From positions 1 to 64,000 of the forward strand of contig NW_026860451.1 in assembly GCF_026571515.1 (NCBI RefSeq): a stretch of 64,000 bases of DNA. The letters are read 5' to 3'. The stretch is from Ruditapes philippinarum (Eukaryota). Positions 50,620 to 63,821 of the stretch are shown in pieces. Below the pieces are notes generated by a model that was given only the letters and a program-made list of their open reading frames with translations, ran no database searches and had not been told where the DNA came from. Both the position numbers and the translations under genes were made by a program. Each line of letters opens with the position of its first letter. Positions within the stretch are counted from its first letter, which is position 1.

Positions 50620-52823
50620 ATGTTAGTCTTTTTTGTTTGGTTAGTCTTTTATTTAGCCACGTACAGTAACTGGTTTACATGGAATCCAAGAAGAATCCTT
50701 TATGCAAAGTATCATGAATGAAATAATGGAATTGAAAACGAGGCAGAATTCTTGTGAGCGATACAAGGTTGAATTAGAGGAAGTAGTTGATAAGCTGAAA
50801 ACAAGGCAAAGTTCGTATGAAGCTAAAGTTTCTGAATTAGAAGCTGTAGTAGATGATCTTCAGAAACGCAATGAGAAGTTGGAACAAGAGATACTAGGAA
50901 TTCAAGAGGACATGGTAATGATCGTATTATTAATATTATATTGTTATGGCTTTTTATTGGTTAAAATTATTCTCCAGACTTGAATTGTCAATTAAAATCT
51001 TAGGAATTCAATCCACCTGAAAGTAATTGATATTAAGGCTTAGTGTGAAATAGATCCAGCTTTTTTAAAATTGATATTTAAGAACAAATTACCTTAGTTT
51101 TGGACATTTTGCCATAAATTTCTACCTTTCATAATTAGTTTTGACAGATTATAATAACTTTAGATCGACCTTTGATGATGTTTATGACAACAATAATTAA
51201 AGGTCACTGTTCCTATTTATGTGTGTTAATTTATATTGATTGATTTCTATAACTTTAGATGATTGGAAAGCTTTCTCTGACATCATTTCCAACTTATTGT
51301 GTACAAGAAATAATTTCTAAGATTATCATTGCACACATATTTTTCATAAACAAAACACATGAAAATCACTTTAGATATCTTCATTTAAATTGCTACTGTT
51401 ATAGTAGTGTTATCTAATTTTACAAATTAGTTACGTGTAGGAGACATTGTGTTTCTAATAAAAAACAATTGTACACAGGACTGAGGGCCTCATGGCATTA
51501 TAGTAACCTATCAGTCAGCATGCCATCATTTAACAGACCGGAGCCGAATGTAGAGGTCCGTTAAATTTTTTAGGCTGACTAGGAGGCCAGTGTAATGCTA
51601 GGAGGTTCGAACTAAGGTGTACTATTTCTGATATTATACCGCACTTTATTAGAACAAAATGGTAAGAGTACCAGAAGAGAAAACAAAAACAAAAACATTC
51701 AAAGTAATTTGTATTCTAGTATAACGTTTTTGTTTGACCGCCGATGTCATCATAAATATTATACTATTTAAATGTACACTGACACTCATATGGGTAAAGA
51801 ATGGGCATATTTATGTAAGAAATCGTCAGATTTCAACATGATTTATTATCTGAAGATTTCATACGATAGTAGCGAAAGAAGTCATATGTTTAATAACGAT
51901 TGTGGCTGGAAATAAACTCATACTGATGCAATAATTCGTGCAAGAATAGGCAGCGAGTAAGAGATCATGATATTGGACAATGGCCTTACAGAAATCACTC
52001 AACTTCCTGGCTGATCGGTCTTTGGTCATCACTAATCTGTAGAATTAGCCCATGTGTATCTGATACTAAATTGTATTACCGTAATAATAAAATTTCCTTA
52101 TTTTACAGGATTCCCGGAAACAAATCTACAATGTTCAACGTCAAGACAATTCAGATAATCTCACGACTTACCAAATGCGTCACAAGCGTAAATGCTTTTT
52201 ACAAATATGTTAGATTGAAACTAATGTACTAAAGATTTAAATTAAAAAAACAACTTAACATTGTAGGCTGTTTGAACAATACATAACAATCATCAATTGT
52301 ACTTTCATTTTTCGCAATTAAAATTTCAGCATTAAATTCACGACATTGCTTTTGTCAGAATTGAGAAACGACATTTATAGATCTTTGCTTTACTACAGGA
52401 ATACTAGTTGACGGTCAAGTGGCGTTTACAGCTGGTGTATTAAGTGCAGACCTAACACAACTAGGAGATCACCACACAATCATCTTTGATAAGCCTATAA
52501 CAAATGTTGGAAATGCTTACAGCGTAAATTCTGGAATATTCCAGGCACCTCTGAAGGGTATTTATGTATTCACAATGACACTAATGGTTGTCCCACGTCA
52601 CAGTGAGTATCTGGACATTGTTGTTGATGGAAATTTTATCAATCAAATTTTTGCAGATGCTTCGTCGGTTGATGATTATATGTCGACAACTAAGCAATGG
52701 GTACTCGATCTCAACGTTGGCTCCGAAGTTTGGATCCGAACATCAACGTACGAAAATAGGGGAGAGATTCATGGTGCAATGCACACAACTTTCAGTGGTT
52801 TTTTGTTGTTTGAAACTGAATAA
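50620..52823 (+). CDS. Secreted coiled-coil C1q-domain protein, copy 2 (frameshift in signal peptide; possible pseudogene)
   Basis: Exons 50620-50914, 52109-52187, 52399-52823. ATG 50620 is out of frame with the downstream ORF (82 nt to ATG 50702); extra ACGTACA relative to copy 1. C1q exon intact. Confidence 0.85.
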
Positions 52824-53245
52824 TTGCCATTCAATGATACCCACTTGACAGCTTACATTTTGTTAAAAGAATATAATAAAGGATATTTAGAACATATTTT
52901 TAATCATCTTATCTTTTTCATTAATAAAATCATTCGCCACAGAATAAAATAAAACTTGAAATTTAGCTTTCAAATTGAACTACTCCCTGAATTCAACGAC
53001 TCCGGCCTTGTTTCAGTGCACCAAACCAATTTCCTTATATAAATGCATACCTTTGCAACTTTGGTCTCGGCATAGTGAATTTTCGTTCTCTTCGTAAATA
53101 AGTCGCATTTTAGGCTTAATTCTGGATTCCACTGTTCTTGATGAATAATTTAATGTCTTTAACTCTAAACATCAACACTATCAAAGTAAAATGAGGCCCG
53201 AAATATGTTAGCCATCTAGTTTTTTTAAGAAATCTTCTTTCTGAT

Positions 53246-53352
53246 GTAAAAATGTTTAAATTCACCACTTTTAAAACTCATGAATATTGGCGGGTAGTAT
53301 AAAAATGTTTAAATTCACCACTTTAAAAACTCATGAATATTGGCGGGTAGTA
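53246..53352. repeat. 54-bp tandem duplication
   Basis: TAAAAATGTTTAAATTCACCACTTT(T/A)AAAACTCATGAATATTGGCGGGTAGTA twice. Confidence 0.8.
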
Positions 53353-54510
53353 CTCGTACATCTTTAATCTGTCCGTCAACAAATGAGATACTGGAAAGTA
53401 CACAAAAACAACGTTTAGCTATCATATAACACACAAAAACTACACAGATGCAATAAATACACTTAAATTATGGACCAGTCAAACTAGAGATAACTTAAAT
53501 TAGGCCACTTCAAAATTTCAAAGAACTACTTTCTAGACTACAACGGGTTGGGTGTAATTCCTTACCGGAGTGACACCTCTGATAGTCCGCCATCTTGACA
53601 AACTAGTGTCTACATATTTACAACCACACAGCTTAGAACACAGTAAAAATATGTCAAATATAGTGAACAGAACAAACTGAAGTGTGTTGTGTGTCAGATT
53701 GTAATTACCATTTATGGAGTATAAGTGGATGAGCTTTTATGCAACATTTTTTTTTATATTTTATTTTACCTTTCTATGGTTGCATGAACTTACATGTATT
53801 GCTACTGAAAACTTCTAACAGTCGCAGACATAACCTCTATTAATATCATCATTAACATTTTTGTGAACTTATAAACTCATTGCGTAAGAGACTTCATAAT
53901 TTGAAGTCGGCACATGATTTTATATCAACAAAATCTAAAAGCAGCAACATGGCGTTAGCATATGCATGCATTCCTTTTGAGCTGTAAAGGCAAAACAGGC
54001 TACCACATATATGTACTTGCATGATATTTTGTTGCGCTAAATTTATGCACACTGTAATTTCAAACTGTGATCACCGAAGCAATTAAGGAGCACATTCAAA
54101 AGAAATAGACAATAACTATCCAGAACATTAATATTACTTAACCAAAATTTGGCACACACAAAAAACGACAAAAAGGTGCAAATGTTCCATTATAAATACT
54201 CATCAGATTGCAGTTTAATTTCAGACTCCTCATTGATGAAGCGTAGACTCAATTTTATGCAGCTCAATATTCTCAAAAATGCTTGTATGCTTTTTTATGC
54301 GATTTACGGGTTTCAATGAAATAACATATAAAATTCTGGAAAGGTATGACTGAAATATGATGTGAAAGATATAATGGCTGTTCGGAAAGGAAAAGAAGAA
54401 GCTTATCTCAAACGTGATGGTCTACTGGCCTATAATCTATTTATGGTATTAGCTATATAACTACTTATGCCCTCATTTCTTATTCATTATTCAAACTGAC
54501 TGATTCAGAC

Positions 54511-57500
54511 ATGTTGCTCTTTCTCTGGTTAGTTTTGTATTCAGTTGCTGCAAGCATACATGGAATCAAAGAAGAATCCATTTTGCAGAATATCATGAAC
54601 GAAATTACGGAATTGAAAACTAGACAGAGTTCTTGCGACCTTCACGCGGCTAAAATCACTGAATTTGAGGCCATCGTAGCAGACCTGCAGAAACGCAATG
54701 ATGAATTGAAAAAGGAAAACCTGCAAATACGGAAAGGCATGGTATTAAAGATTTGTCTTTATTTTAATGTAAATTATCTAAAATAACAATACCAAAGATA
54801 ATTGCATTAATTCAACAATTGTTATACCTGAATAGTAATTATATGCCACTTTCTATTTATTTCTGTCAGAAAAAATCGTGTTGACTAGGAAATCATTTTG
54901 CGTCATAATAAGAATAGACTTTTACAAACAAATGTCATAAGCATATTCTGGATGTTTTGTAATAGTTCATGCTTATTCATGAAATATTTCTTCGTTACAG
55001 AATCGCTTAAATGAAAACATCCACAATGAAAATAAAGAATATAACGAAGATATCAAAAATAACAAAAGCCGATACAATAGTAAGTGATAATGCAGTCTTT
55101 TTTATTCTGTATGTTGCAACCCAATCTTATGTTATAATTTTAAATTTTGAGCAAGAATATTATAAATTATAAATTAAGTTTGTGGTAAACATGTATATCT
55201 TCAGATGAATGTGTAATTTATCTAAAAAGAAAAAAGTTGAAGATCACCATATCGGACCTATGTTTACTTATGATATTAGTCAGATACTAAAATCTTGGAA
55301 AAGGTCGTTGACGTACGAATTGAAAGCCATCTGAAGACAAACAATCTACACGAGGTCAACCAATCTGCTTATCGCAAGTTCTATTCGCCCGAGACTGCAA
55401 TGTTAAAAGTTCAAAGTGACATTCTACAGTCTTTGGATAATAAAAATGTGCCTATTCTCCTGATGCTTGATTTGCCTGCTGCTTTTGATACAATTTATCA
55501 CGGAACGCTCCTTCGCCGCCTTGAACGACACTTTGGAATAACAGGCAAGCCACTCGAATGGATGACGTCATACCTGACCGACCGATACCAGACTGTCTGA
55601 TAAACAACAAACTATCACATCAAGTCCACATGGAGTACAGTGTACCTCAAGGGTTTGTCCTGTGATCCAAGAGCTATGTGATGTATACGAAACCTGTCGG
55701 AGAAATATGCCGTAAACATGAGCTAAACAACCATTTCTTCGCAGATGACTCACAACTCTATCTATCCTTCAAACCAGTGACTAGTATTTCAATTCAAGAG
55801 AATATAAACCGTATTGAAAGATGTCTTGATGATATTGTAAGTTGGATGAATGCCAACATGCTGAAGCTAAACGGCGACAAAACAGAGTTGATCATCTTCT
55901 CATCTGAACATAACGCACAACCTGTTTCAGATGTTACAGTAACAGTCGACGGTTCGAAAATTAGCCAATCATCTAGTGTGCGCAATCTTGGTGCATTTCT
56001 TGACTCGAACATGAGGATGGAACAACATGTAAATAATGTCTGTAGGAATGTTAAGCACAATTAAGACAAATTGGTCACATCAGACCCTATCTTACTGTTA
56101 AAGCAACCAACTCTCTAGTAAATTCACTTGTTACTTCTAGGTTAGACTACTGTAATGCACTGTTATATGGAGTCTATAATCAGTCAATGACCAAGTTACA
56201 ACATGTTCAATATACAGCAGCTAGAATTGTGACCAAAACACTCAAGTATGACCACATAACACCTATCTTACATGAACTTCACTGGGTTCCGGTAGAGTAT
56301 CGGGTCGAATATAAAAAAATTTGACTTATACATATTAATCCCTCATCGATCAATCACCAGCCTATATAAAAGACATGATAGACATGTACATCCCAGTCAG
56401 GAATCTGAGGTCCCAAAATAACTCAATGACATTAGTTGTGCCTAAATCTCGGACAGTACGTTATGGTGACAGGTGGTTCCGGACAGCCGCAGCGAAATTA
56501 TGGAATTCGTTACCACCTGGCATTAGAGACTGTAGTACCTTGCCAAGTTTTAAGAGAGCTCTCAAAACGCATTATTACATAAAGTTCTATGGACGTTAGT
56601 TTCATAAAACAACATACATGTACTACTTTTTCTATATTATCAGTGTAAATTGTGTGTTTGATTTTATGTCTTAGGGTTTTACTTTATAATTCGTTTCTTT
56701 TTTACTTTTATTTGTTACTTTTTTAACACTCTTATTTCGTTCAAATCTTTTATAGGATTCTTTTTTTTTAAATTGAGCCTTGCTTTTAAACTAATTGTGT
56801 CTGTTTTTCTTAACATCCTTTACTGGTTTTAGATTATCATTATTGTTTAATAGGTTTACTTAGTTAATATTGTACATTATGTCTTATATATATGATTATG
56901 TTTTGTCATATTTATGTAAAGCACTCTTGAACATTTATTATTTATGAAAAGAGTGCTATAGAAATGTGGTATATATGATAAAATAATAATAATAAATACT
57001 TTAAAAAGAAAACTTGCATTTGCATCTTAAAGTAATATTGCAAACATTTATTGAAACTGATCTTGTCTGAATTGATAAAGAACATAATATATGCAGATAT
57101 ATGCTGTGATTATATTCTATAGGAATGGTAGCTGGCGGTCAAGTCGCCTTTACAGTTGGTATATCTACCCCTGACCTAACGCATCTAGGAGATCATCACA
57201 CCATTGTATTTGACAAGCCCATAACCAATATTGGAAACGCCTATAGCCATACCACCGGTATATTTCACGCACCACTGAAGGGCATTTATGTCTTCACTTT
57301 GACGTTAATGGTTGTCGCCCGGCACGAAGAGTATCTGGAAATTGTTGTCGATGGGAACGTTCTCAACGATATTTTGGCAGATGCATCTTCTGTTGATGAT
57401 TTTGTGTCAACAACTAAACAATGGGTACTCGATCTCAACTTTGGCTCCGAAGTTTGGATTCGTACAACTTCAAACAATAATATGGGAGAGATTCATGGAT

Positions 57501-57547
57501 ATATGCACACTGCTTTCAGCGGATATCTATTGTTTGAAACCGAATAA
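54511..57547 (+). CDS. Secreted coiled-coil C1q-domain protein, copy 3 (intact, 244 aa)
   Basis: Exons 54511-54741, 55001-55079, 57123-57547 join in frame; signal peptide MLLFLWLVLYSVAASIHG, coiled coil, C1q domain ending TAFSGYLLFETE. Confidence 0.92.
55290..56997 (+). mobile_element. 5'-truncated, decayed L2-type LINE in intron 2 of C1qDC copy 3
   Basis: RT fragments NQSAYRKFYSPETAMLKV, LDLPAAFDT, FADDSQLY, LKLNGDKTE, VRNLG, SRLDYCN, LHW, KLWNSLP; 3' stem-loop and (TAA)n tail; stops and frameshifts present. Confidence 0.9.
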
Positions 57548-58766
57548 GTGTTTTGCAATAATGATAGCTAAATTACTATTAAAATTGATAAAAAATAGTT
57601 AACTAATTTTGTTTTGTTATTAACTTTATCTGTATGTAAAACCATCCAGATCAGTCTGCACTAGTTAGTTGCTTAATTTAATATTTTTACTAAGAAATTA
57701 TTAGGATACCGTTTGTTCTGATTAATTAGCGGGTAAATCAGTGCAATAACATGTCGGCCGAATCCATCCGTAGTTTATAAATTCATTCTGAGTAAAATGT
57801 ACGTAAAATTGTGACCTACACATTTGTAAGATTTTGCTGCACATTTTAAAGTTCAAGGGTTTTGATATCATTAGATTTTACGACAATATCTGGCACAAAG
57901 AGCTTATCAATGAAAATGACCACCAGGTGCCCTTGTTGCAAAGGCGTTTCAATCTGCGTGGCGGTTTCAACTGCTATTAAAATCAATCTAAGAATTTTCT
58001 CAAAAGAAAATGTACCGATACAACATTTTCCGAAGCCGTGCACGAAGATGACATATTCGTTAGTCGTTTATGTTGTAGATTAGCATGTACAATAATATAG
58101 CGTGGAGGCTAATCTTTATTTACTGCAATATTGGATCTATCCCAAGTGTCAGTTCGTTTTTCATATGTTTGAATTCACCGGGCCTAGTTCTATATACTAA
58201 TTATTTTGTAGTAAAATTCAGAGAGTGTAAAATAATGCCCAAAATGTTGACCTGATCCAACATAATAGTAAGTAATTCTACAGGAAAATCCTCAGAAATA
58301 TGAATTTAAACACAACATTATGTGTCTCCATTTTATCTGGGTCTTGTATAATATTGCCCCGGATACCTTGTGCCCTTCATCCAAAAATAATGACTTACAT
58401 GAAACATGTCTTTTTTAATGAAATCTTGATGCTTGTTTGAGCAACTCAAATGCTCATTGATCACTGGGTTGATAGACAATATTACGACTTGTTCATCGCT
58501 ATCCTGTGTAATATATGAGGCGGTCGAACCTGGTGATGCTCAAGGAATAGGTTTTGGAAACAGAGAAGTAGTTTGTCTAACAAATTCAGCATAAAGTAAT
58601 TATGTTATGGATAGTTGCTGGAAAAGGTTACAATTGTTTAAATTTACAATGAAGAAAGTATCAAATTTTAAACTGACCACTTTATCCTTTATTACTATTT
58701 AATAAGTCAGTGACCAAGGGCAATAACTCTAAAATTATGAAGTAAAAAGTTATGGTTATTGTGCAT

Positions 58767-61324
58767 CCCAGCAAACACAAGACGTCATACTGACGTCAGA
58801 TTTAAGTCAGGTTCTGACGTCGGATGACGGTCGGAAAAACGGTTGGATTTGAAAGTTTTTTTGACGTAATAATCTGACGTCAGGTAGACGTCAGAATCTA
58901 ACCATTATTTAACCTTTTTCTGACCAAAATTTGACCATTATCTAACCATTTTCCGACCTCAATCTGACCATTTTCCGACCTCAGTCTGACCATTTTCCGA
59001 CCTAAATCTAACCATTTTCTAACCATTTTCCAACCTCAATCTGACCATTTTCCGACCTGAGTCTGACCATTGTCCGACCTAAATCTAACCAGTTTCTAAC
59101 CTCAACCTGACCATTTTCCGACCTAAATATTAACCCTTTTCTGCCCTAAATCTGATCATTTTCTGACCTTCATCTTATCATTCCCCTAATCCTTTTTGTT
59201 TCACCACGTCATAAATATTTTCTGGCTAATCCTGATTTGATCTAATTTAATGTAACTCATTCTATTAAGTAACTTTCCCTCAAATGAAATGTATAACAGA
59301 AAACTAAAAGCAAAAATATGTTTCATGCTTTTTTAATTTAAGATAAAAGTTGCAATTTGAAGCTGATACATACAATTTTAGTAAATTCTGCAAGGTTAAA
59401 TAATTTTCATAAATTAAACAAAATAAAACAAAAAATAAGTTAATTACAAAACAAAAAGTATTACAAAAACAATGACATAAATGAAACTAAGAAAACATGT
59501 ACAAATATTAAAGAACAAAACAATGTATGCACATTTCTATCAAAGTTTGCCTTATCAAATAAAACAATGAAAATATTATAATTTTAAGAAAAGTTAAAAG
59601 ATTCTGATAATAATGTTTCAAGCAATTAATGACAGATTTTCAGTACTTTAACTATATTTCTACAGCATTTCTAAAACATTTAGTGCCATTTTGCATATTT
59701 TGACCTCCTTTGATAATTGTCAGTAATGTATAAATTGCTGCCTTTTAGTTACTTCACAAAGTTATACTTTTAGATATCCATGAGAATTAGCACGAATTTT
59801 GAGGTGTGATGCTTTAAGATATGACCTTCTTTCAGCACCCCTCGTCTGTCCGGAGGATATGTAGCGTTTGTAGCGCCCAATAGCGTGTGTGACATCATTT
59901 TCACTGAAAAAAAAAGAAATTTATGAAACATGTAAAAATAACAAGCAAAAATGTTTTCATGGTTATCTTAACTTAATGAACAATTTTGCCAACTTTTTAT
60001 AAGAGAGCTTTAACAAAAATTAAAAGTAAACATAAATACTGAACATTTAAAAAGCCGCTTTTAAACTCCAGTTTAGTATGGATTAAAGTATGTAATAGAA
60101 TTTACAAAAATCTTACTTTCATATGTTTCTTTTTACATATTCACGTGTGTCCGTCCCACCGACCTTTGAGAGCATGTCCAACACTTTAACTACCTGAAAA
60201 GAAAATTATATTCTAACTTATGTATATATTCTACGTTTGAAATAGAACAGTTACGCAAGTCTAAAATATTTCATAGTTTTAAATTAAAGATTTAATGCCA
60301 AAATGTCTGGAACCAAAACGTCTTGCGTTATTTGGGACCGGAACGTTTTGGGTTATTTGGGACCGAAACGTCTTGGTCCGAAATGCTCGAAATCGTACAA
60401 ATTCATTCTCAATTCTCAGATTTTAACTGACAAAAACATCACAGTTTAAGAAAAATATGAAAACTTTCTTTGGTAGTACTGAAAGGCATATTATAAAATC
60501 TTCACAAGCAGAGTTAAAACATGTCAATTTTAAAAAAGATTTATTATTAGACATTATCGCGAATTTGTGTGACATTTTACTTCTGAATCAGCTGTTCAAA
60601 TAATGATTATTAAATTTAAGAGTGCTTGCAATCATGCAATTATGTATCAAATACAAAGTAGAAATAAATCTTAATAAATTGAACTGACCTTTTTGTTCAA
60701 GAAAACCTATAATATTCACTTATCAATGCATCCCGATTCCTGACCGACAGCCAAAACGTAACGCCTACGAATTTGAATTTCCATCCACGTGACTTTAGAT
60801 TCGAATTAAAGGTTAATTATGTTTTCTTTCCCTTTTCTGTCACTATGATTAAATGTTTAAAGCACTATTAAAAACTCGTCATTTTGATACATATAATGTA
60901 CCACAAATGATAATATTACAACGTTAAATGATTGGAACTTGTAAACAGATCTGTAGCTATAAATAGATTTCATAACAATAACACATGTAACTTGCGTATA
61001 TACAGCGCCACCTTTATGTTTTATTAGGTTGCAGCGCCGCGATCTTGGTCTGTATTTATATAAGAACACTTCATTTGTAATCCAAATAACATTTGAAAAA
61101 AAAAGTTTAAATGATTACAACAGCGAATAATGATTCTTTTTTGTTATTTTTTTTACCTACCGTCAGGACACCGACCATAACCTGACGTTAGTACGACGTC
61201 AAAAAGAAACGTCTATTAGACATCGGTATTTTAACGTCAGATTTACGTCGTATTTTGGTCGCCGACGTCGTGACCAAAATCTAACATTAATCCGACGTTA
61301 TTTTAACGTCATGTGTTTGCTGGG
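58767..61324 (-). mobile_element. Non-autonomous CMC/EnSpm-like DNA transposon inserted into an older repeat
   Basis: TIR CCCAGCAAACACA/TGTGTTTGCTGGG, 2-bp TSD AT, subterminal GACGTC motifs at both ends, tandem CTGACCATTTTCCGACCT array at ~58905-59170, minus-strand exon relics. Confidence 0.8.
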
Positions 61325-62724
61325 ATTGTACTTCTCCACTACGAGATCTATCCACGTATGAAGTTTTGAGTCAGCAGTTTTCATACTGTTGGAGTTACAT
61401 CGCGTGTGCTAGACATTGGTCCGCGTAAAAAAATGAATACGAATTTTCGTAGCCTTTCTTACAATTATCATATAAACACATAAAGGTCGTACAATAAACC
61501 TGGGACTTGAAATAAATAATTTATGTCCCAGCTTTGAAGTTTACCGGTGCTGTGATTTTCTTCTTTCTCTATATGAGAAACGTTGACTTTTCGTCGAAAT
61601 ACATCGAATCTTCCAAATCTGACCATGAGCTGTTCATTGGTTTTTGTTTATGTCTTTTTCTTTCCTTTTTCTTGTAATATTAATTGTAATATTTAGGAGG
61701 CTCATATTAACGGCATTATAGAGCATAAGGCATATAGCTCAAGAAACAAAGAAACATTTTCACCAGATATTTGAGTTGCTTACGTATCTTTGCATCCCTG
61801 CACTATTTTTTTCTTTCTAAATTATACAAAAATTACACCAAAAGTTTTTAAAAGTCCATTGTGAGCTAATCATTAATTCGATATGTTTGCAAAAATTCAC
61901 TGTTATAGTTAGAAGTCCCTAGTTTACGGTAATATTAATAAAAATGAGCTTTAGCCTTGCGGGGATTTCATCGTATTGTATATAAAAGTATTTAAAGATA
62001 CGCTAATTGCCAGAGCAAAACGTGATATAAATATCTGGTTGTTTTTTCTTTGCAGGTTGGCCAGTGCAATCAGTGCAATAGGTTGAAAGTTCATTGTTAA
62101 GGCAGTTTAAAGAACATGCGGCTAGTAAAATGAACATGGCTTCCAGATAATGATACTTCTGCGCGACGGTTTTATTTTTTTATAAACACACCGTGACCAT
62201 TGCTCCAATTTCAAAAAAAAATAGCAAGCAATAATTTTGCATTTACACCCATACTCCCCGGGACCACTTAATGACTATTTACACAACTCAAATACGCTGT
62301 AATCCCCAATTTCACAACGTTTCAAAACACAGGTCGTGACAAAATTATACTATTGTAATAAAAGTATATAATAATTACAAATACTATAAACTACTGAAGA
62401 TTATATAAATCTTTGATTGCATACAAAATATTCATTCCGACGTGTGTTTTGTTTTTGTTAAAAATTATAAAGACACAGGTAAAGCATGATAGTAATATGT
62501 AGCACAGTGTTCTGCAATAAAAGAAATATTCAATTTTTGCGATAATGATGTGGCGTTATCTCATCATTAATGGTCAAGTTAACTTCTACTCTTGTATAAA
62601 TCATGATAAATATCTAAAATCTATTAACGAACTATACGATATTCGTTTTATAGTACAAAACATCCAAAATCTGTTCATTTATTCTTTCATTTTAATTTTT
62701 TTATTATTATTATTTTATTTTATT

Positions 62725-62880
62725 ATTATTATCTTTTTATTTTGGCTCGTCTTTTGTTCAATGACTGTTATTGATGAAATTGGAATCAAAGAAGATTTTT
62801 TTTATGCAAAATACCGGTACATGTGTCATGAAAGAAATAACAAAACTGAAAACGAGGCAGAATTCTTGTGAAGAATACAA
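62725..62880 (+). pseudogene. Degenerate C1qDC exon-1 fragment (copy 4)
   Basis: LFIWLVFCS..GIKEDFF(MQN)..MKEITKLKTRQNSCEEY homologous to the other exon 1 copies, with indels; no start codon or downstream exons found. Confidence 0.75.
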
Positions 62881-63551
62881 TATTATTACATGTATTTCTA
62901 AATGAGACACAGCTTATTGGCTGTTTTATGATTTTTCTAAGGTGGTGTGCAAAAAGGTTATAGCTTTAATGACATATATAATTATATAGAGTTGCATCAA
63001 TTTTGCACCTAACTTTCGATTTGCTAAGAAACTTTTTATGTTCGAAAATGCAAAGTAACGAGAGTTTAGCTTAGTTACTGTTGGTTCAATTTTGTAACAG
63101 TTAGCCTTAGTTGAAAGTTTCAGTTCATAACAGTATTTGTGCGGGGTAATAAGATAAATAAATAACACATAGGTTTTATTGAGTAATACGCAATACGCAC
63201 ACAAATATTGCTCTCAATTTCATTACTCTTTAATATGTTTAATATCGGTACTGTAATCAAATTACGATATACATACAATGTTTATATTACAATCAATCAA
63301 AACGGTGACTTTTAAATCCTCGCCGAAGTGTAATGGAAAAGCTGAAAAAGTTTAATTATGTTAACCTGAAAGAAATTTATATATGATAGTATGATATATA
63401 TACATGTATAATATGACATTTTCTTTTGATTAGTCAAAATATTCTTATCTCAAAGGTGAAATACTAAGTCGAACATCACCTAGATAGCATTTTTTTTTTT
63501 AAAAGTGTCTTCTGAATTCTTCATGATCTGGAATTATTGATAGTTTAAAAC

Positions 63552-63821
63552 ATGTTTGTCTTTTTTCTTTTCTTCATCTTTTCCTTTGTAGGCATACATG
63601 GAATAAAAGAGGAAACATTCATGCAAAATATCATGAATGAAATTACTGAACTCAAAACGAGACAGACTTCTTGTGAGCGATACAAGGCCAAAGTGGCTGA
63701 ATTAGAGGCTGCTGTAGTCCAACTGAAAACAAAGCAAAGTTCTTATGAAGCTAAGGTAGATGATCTCCAGAAACGCAATGGGAAATTGGAACTAAAGATG
63801 CTTCAGATTCAGCATGACATG
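63552..63821 (+). CDS. Secreted coiled-coil C1qDC copy 5, exon 1 (gene continues beyond window)
   Basis: Signal peptide ..VGIHG, IKEETFMQNIMNEITELKTRQTSCE, phase-0 donor after GACATG as in the paralogues. Confidence 0.85.

Noticed and set aside
50659-50668. TACAGTA as a Tc1/mariner footprint explaining the copy 2 frameshift
   Set aside because: Removing the 5 nt such a footprint adds does not restore the frame.
57846-58083. Short ORFs with CPCCKG
   Set aside because: No recognisable domain or supported splice structure.
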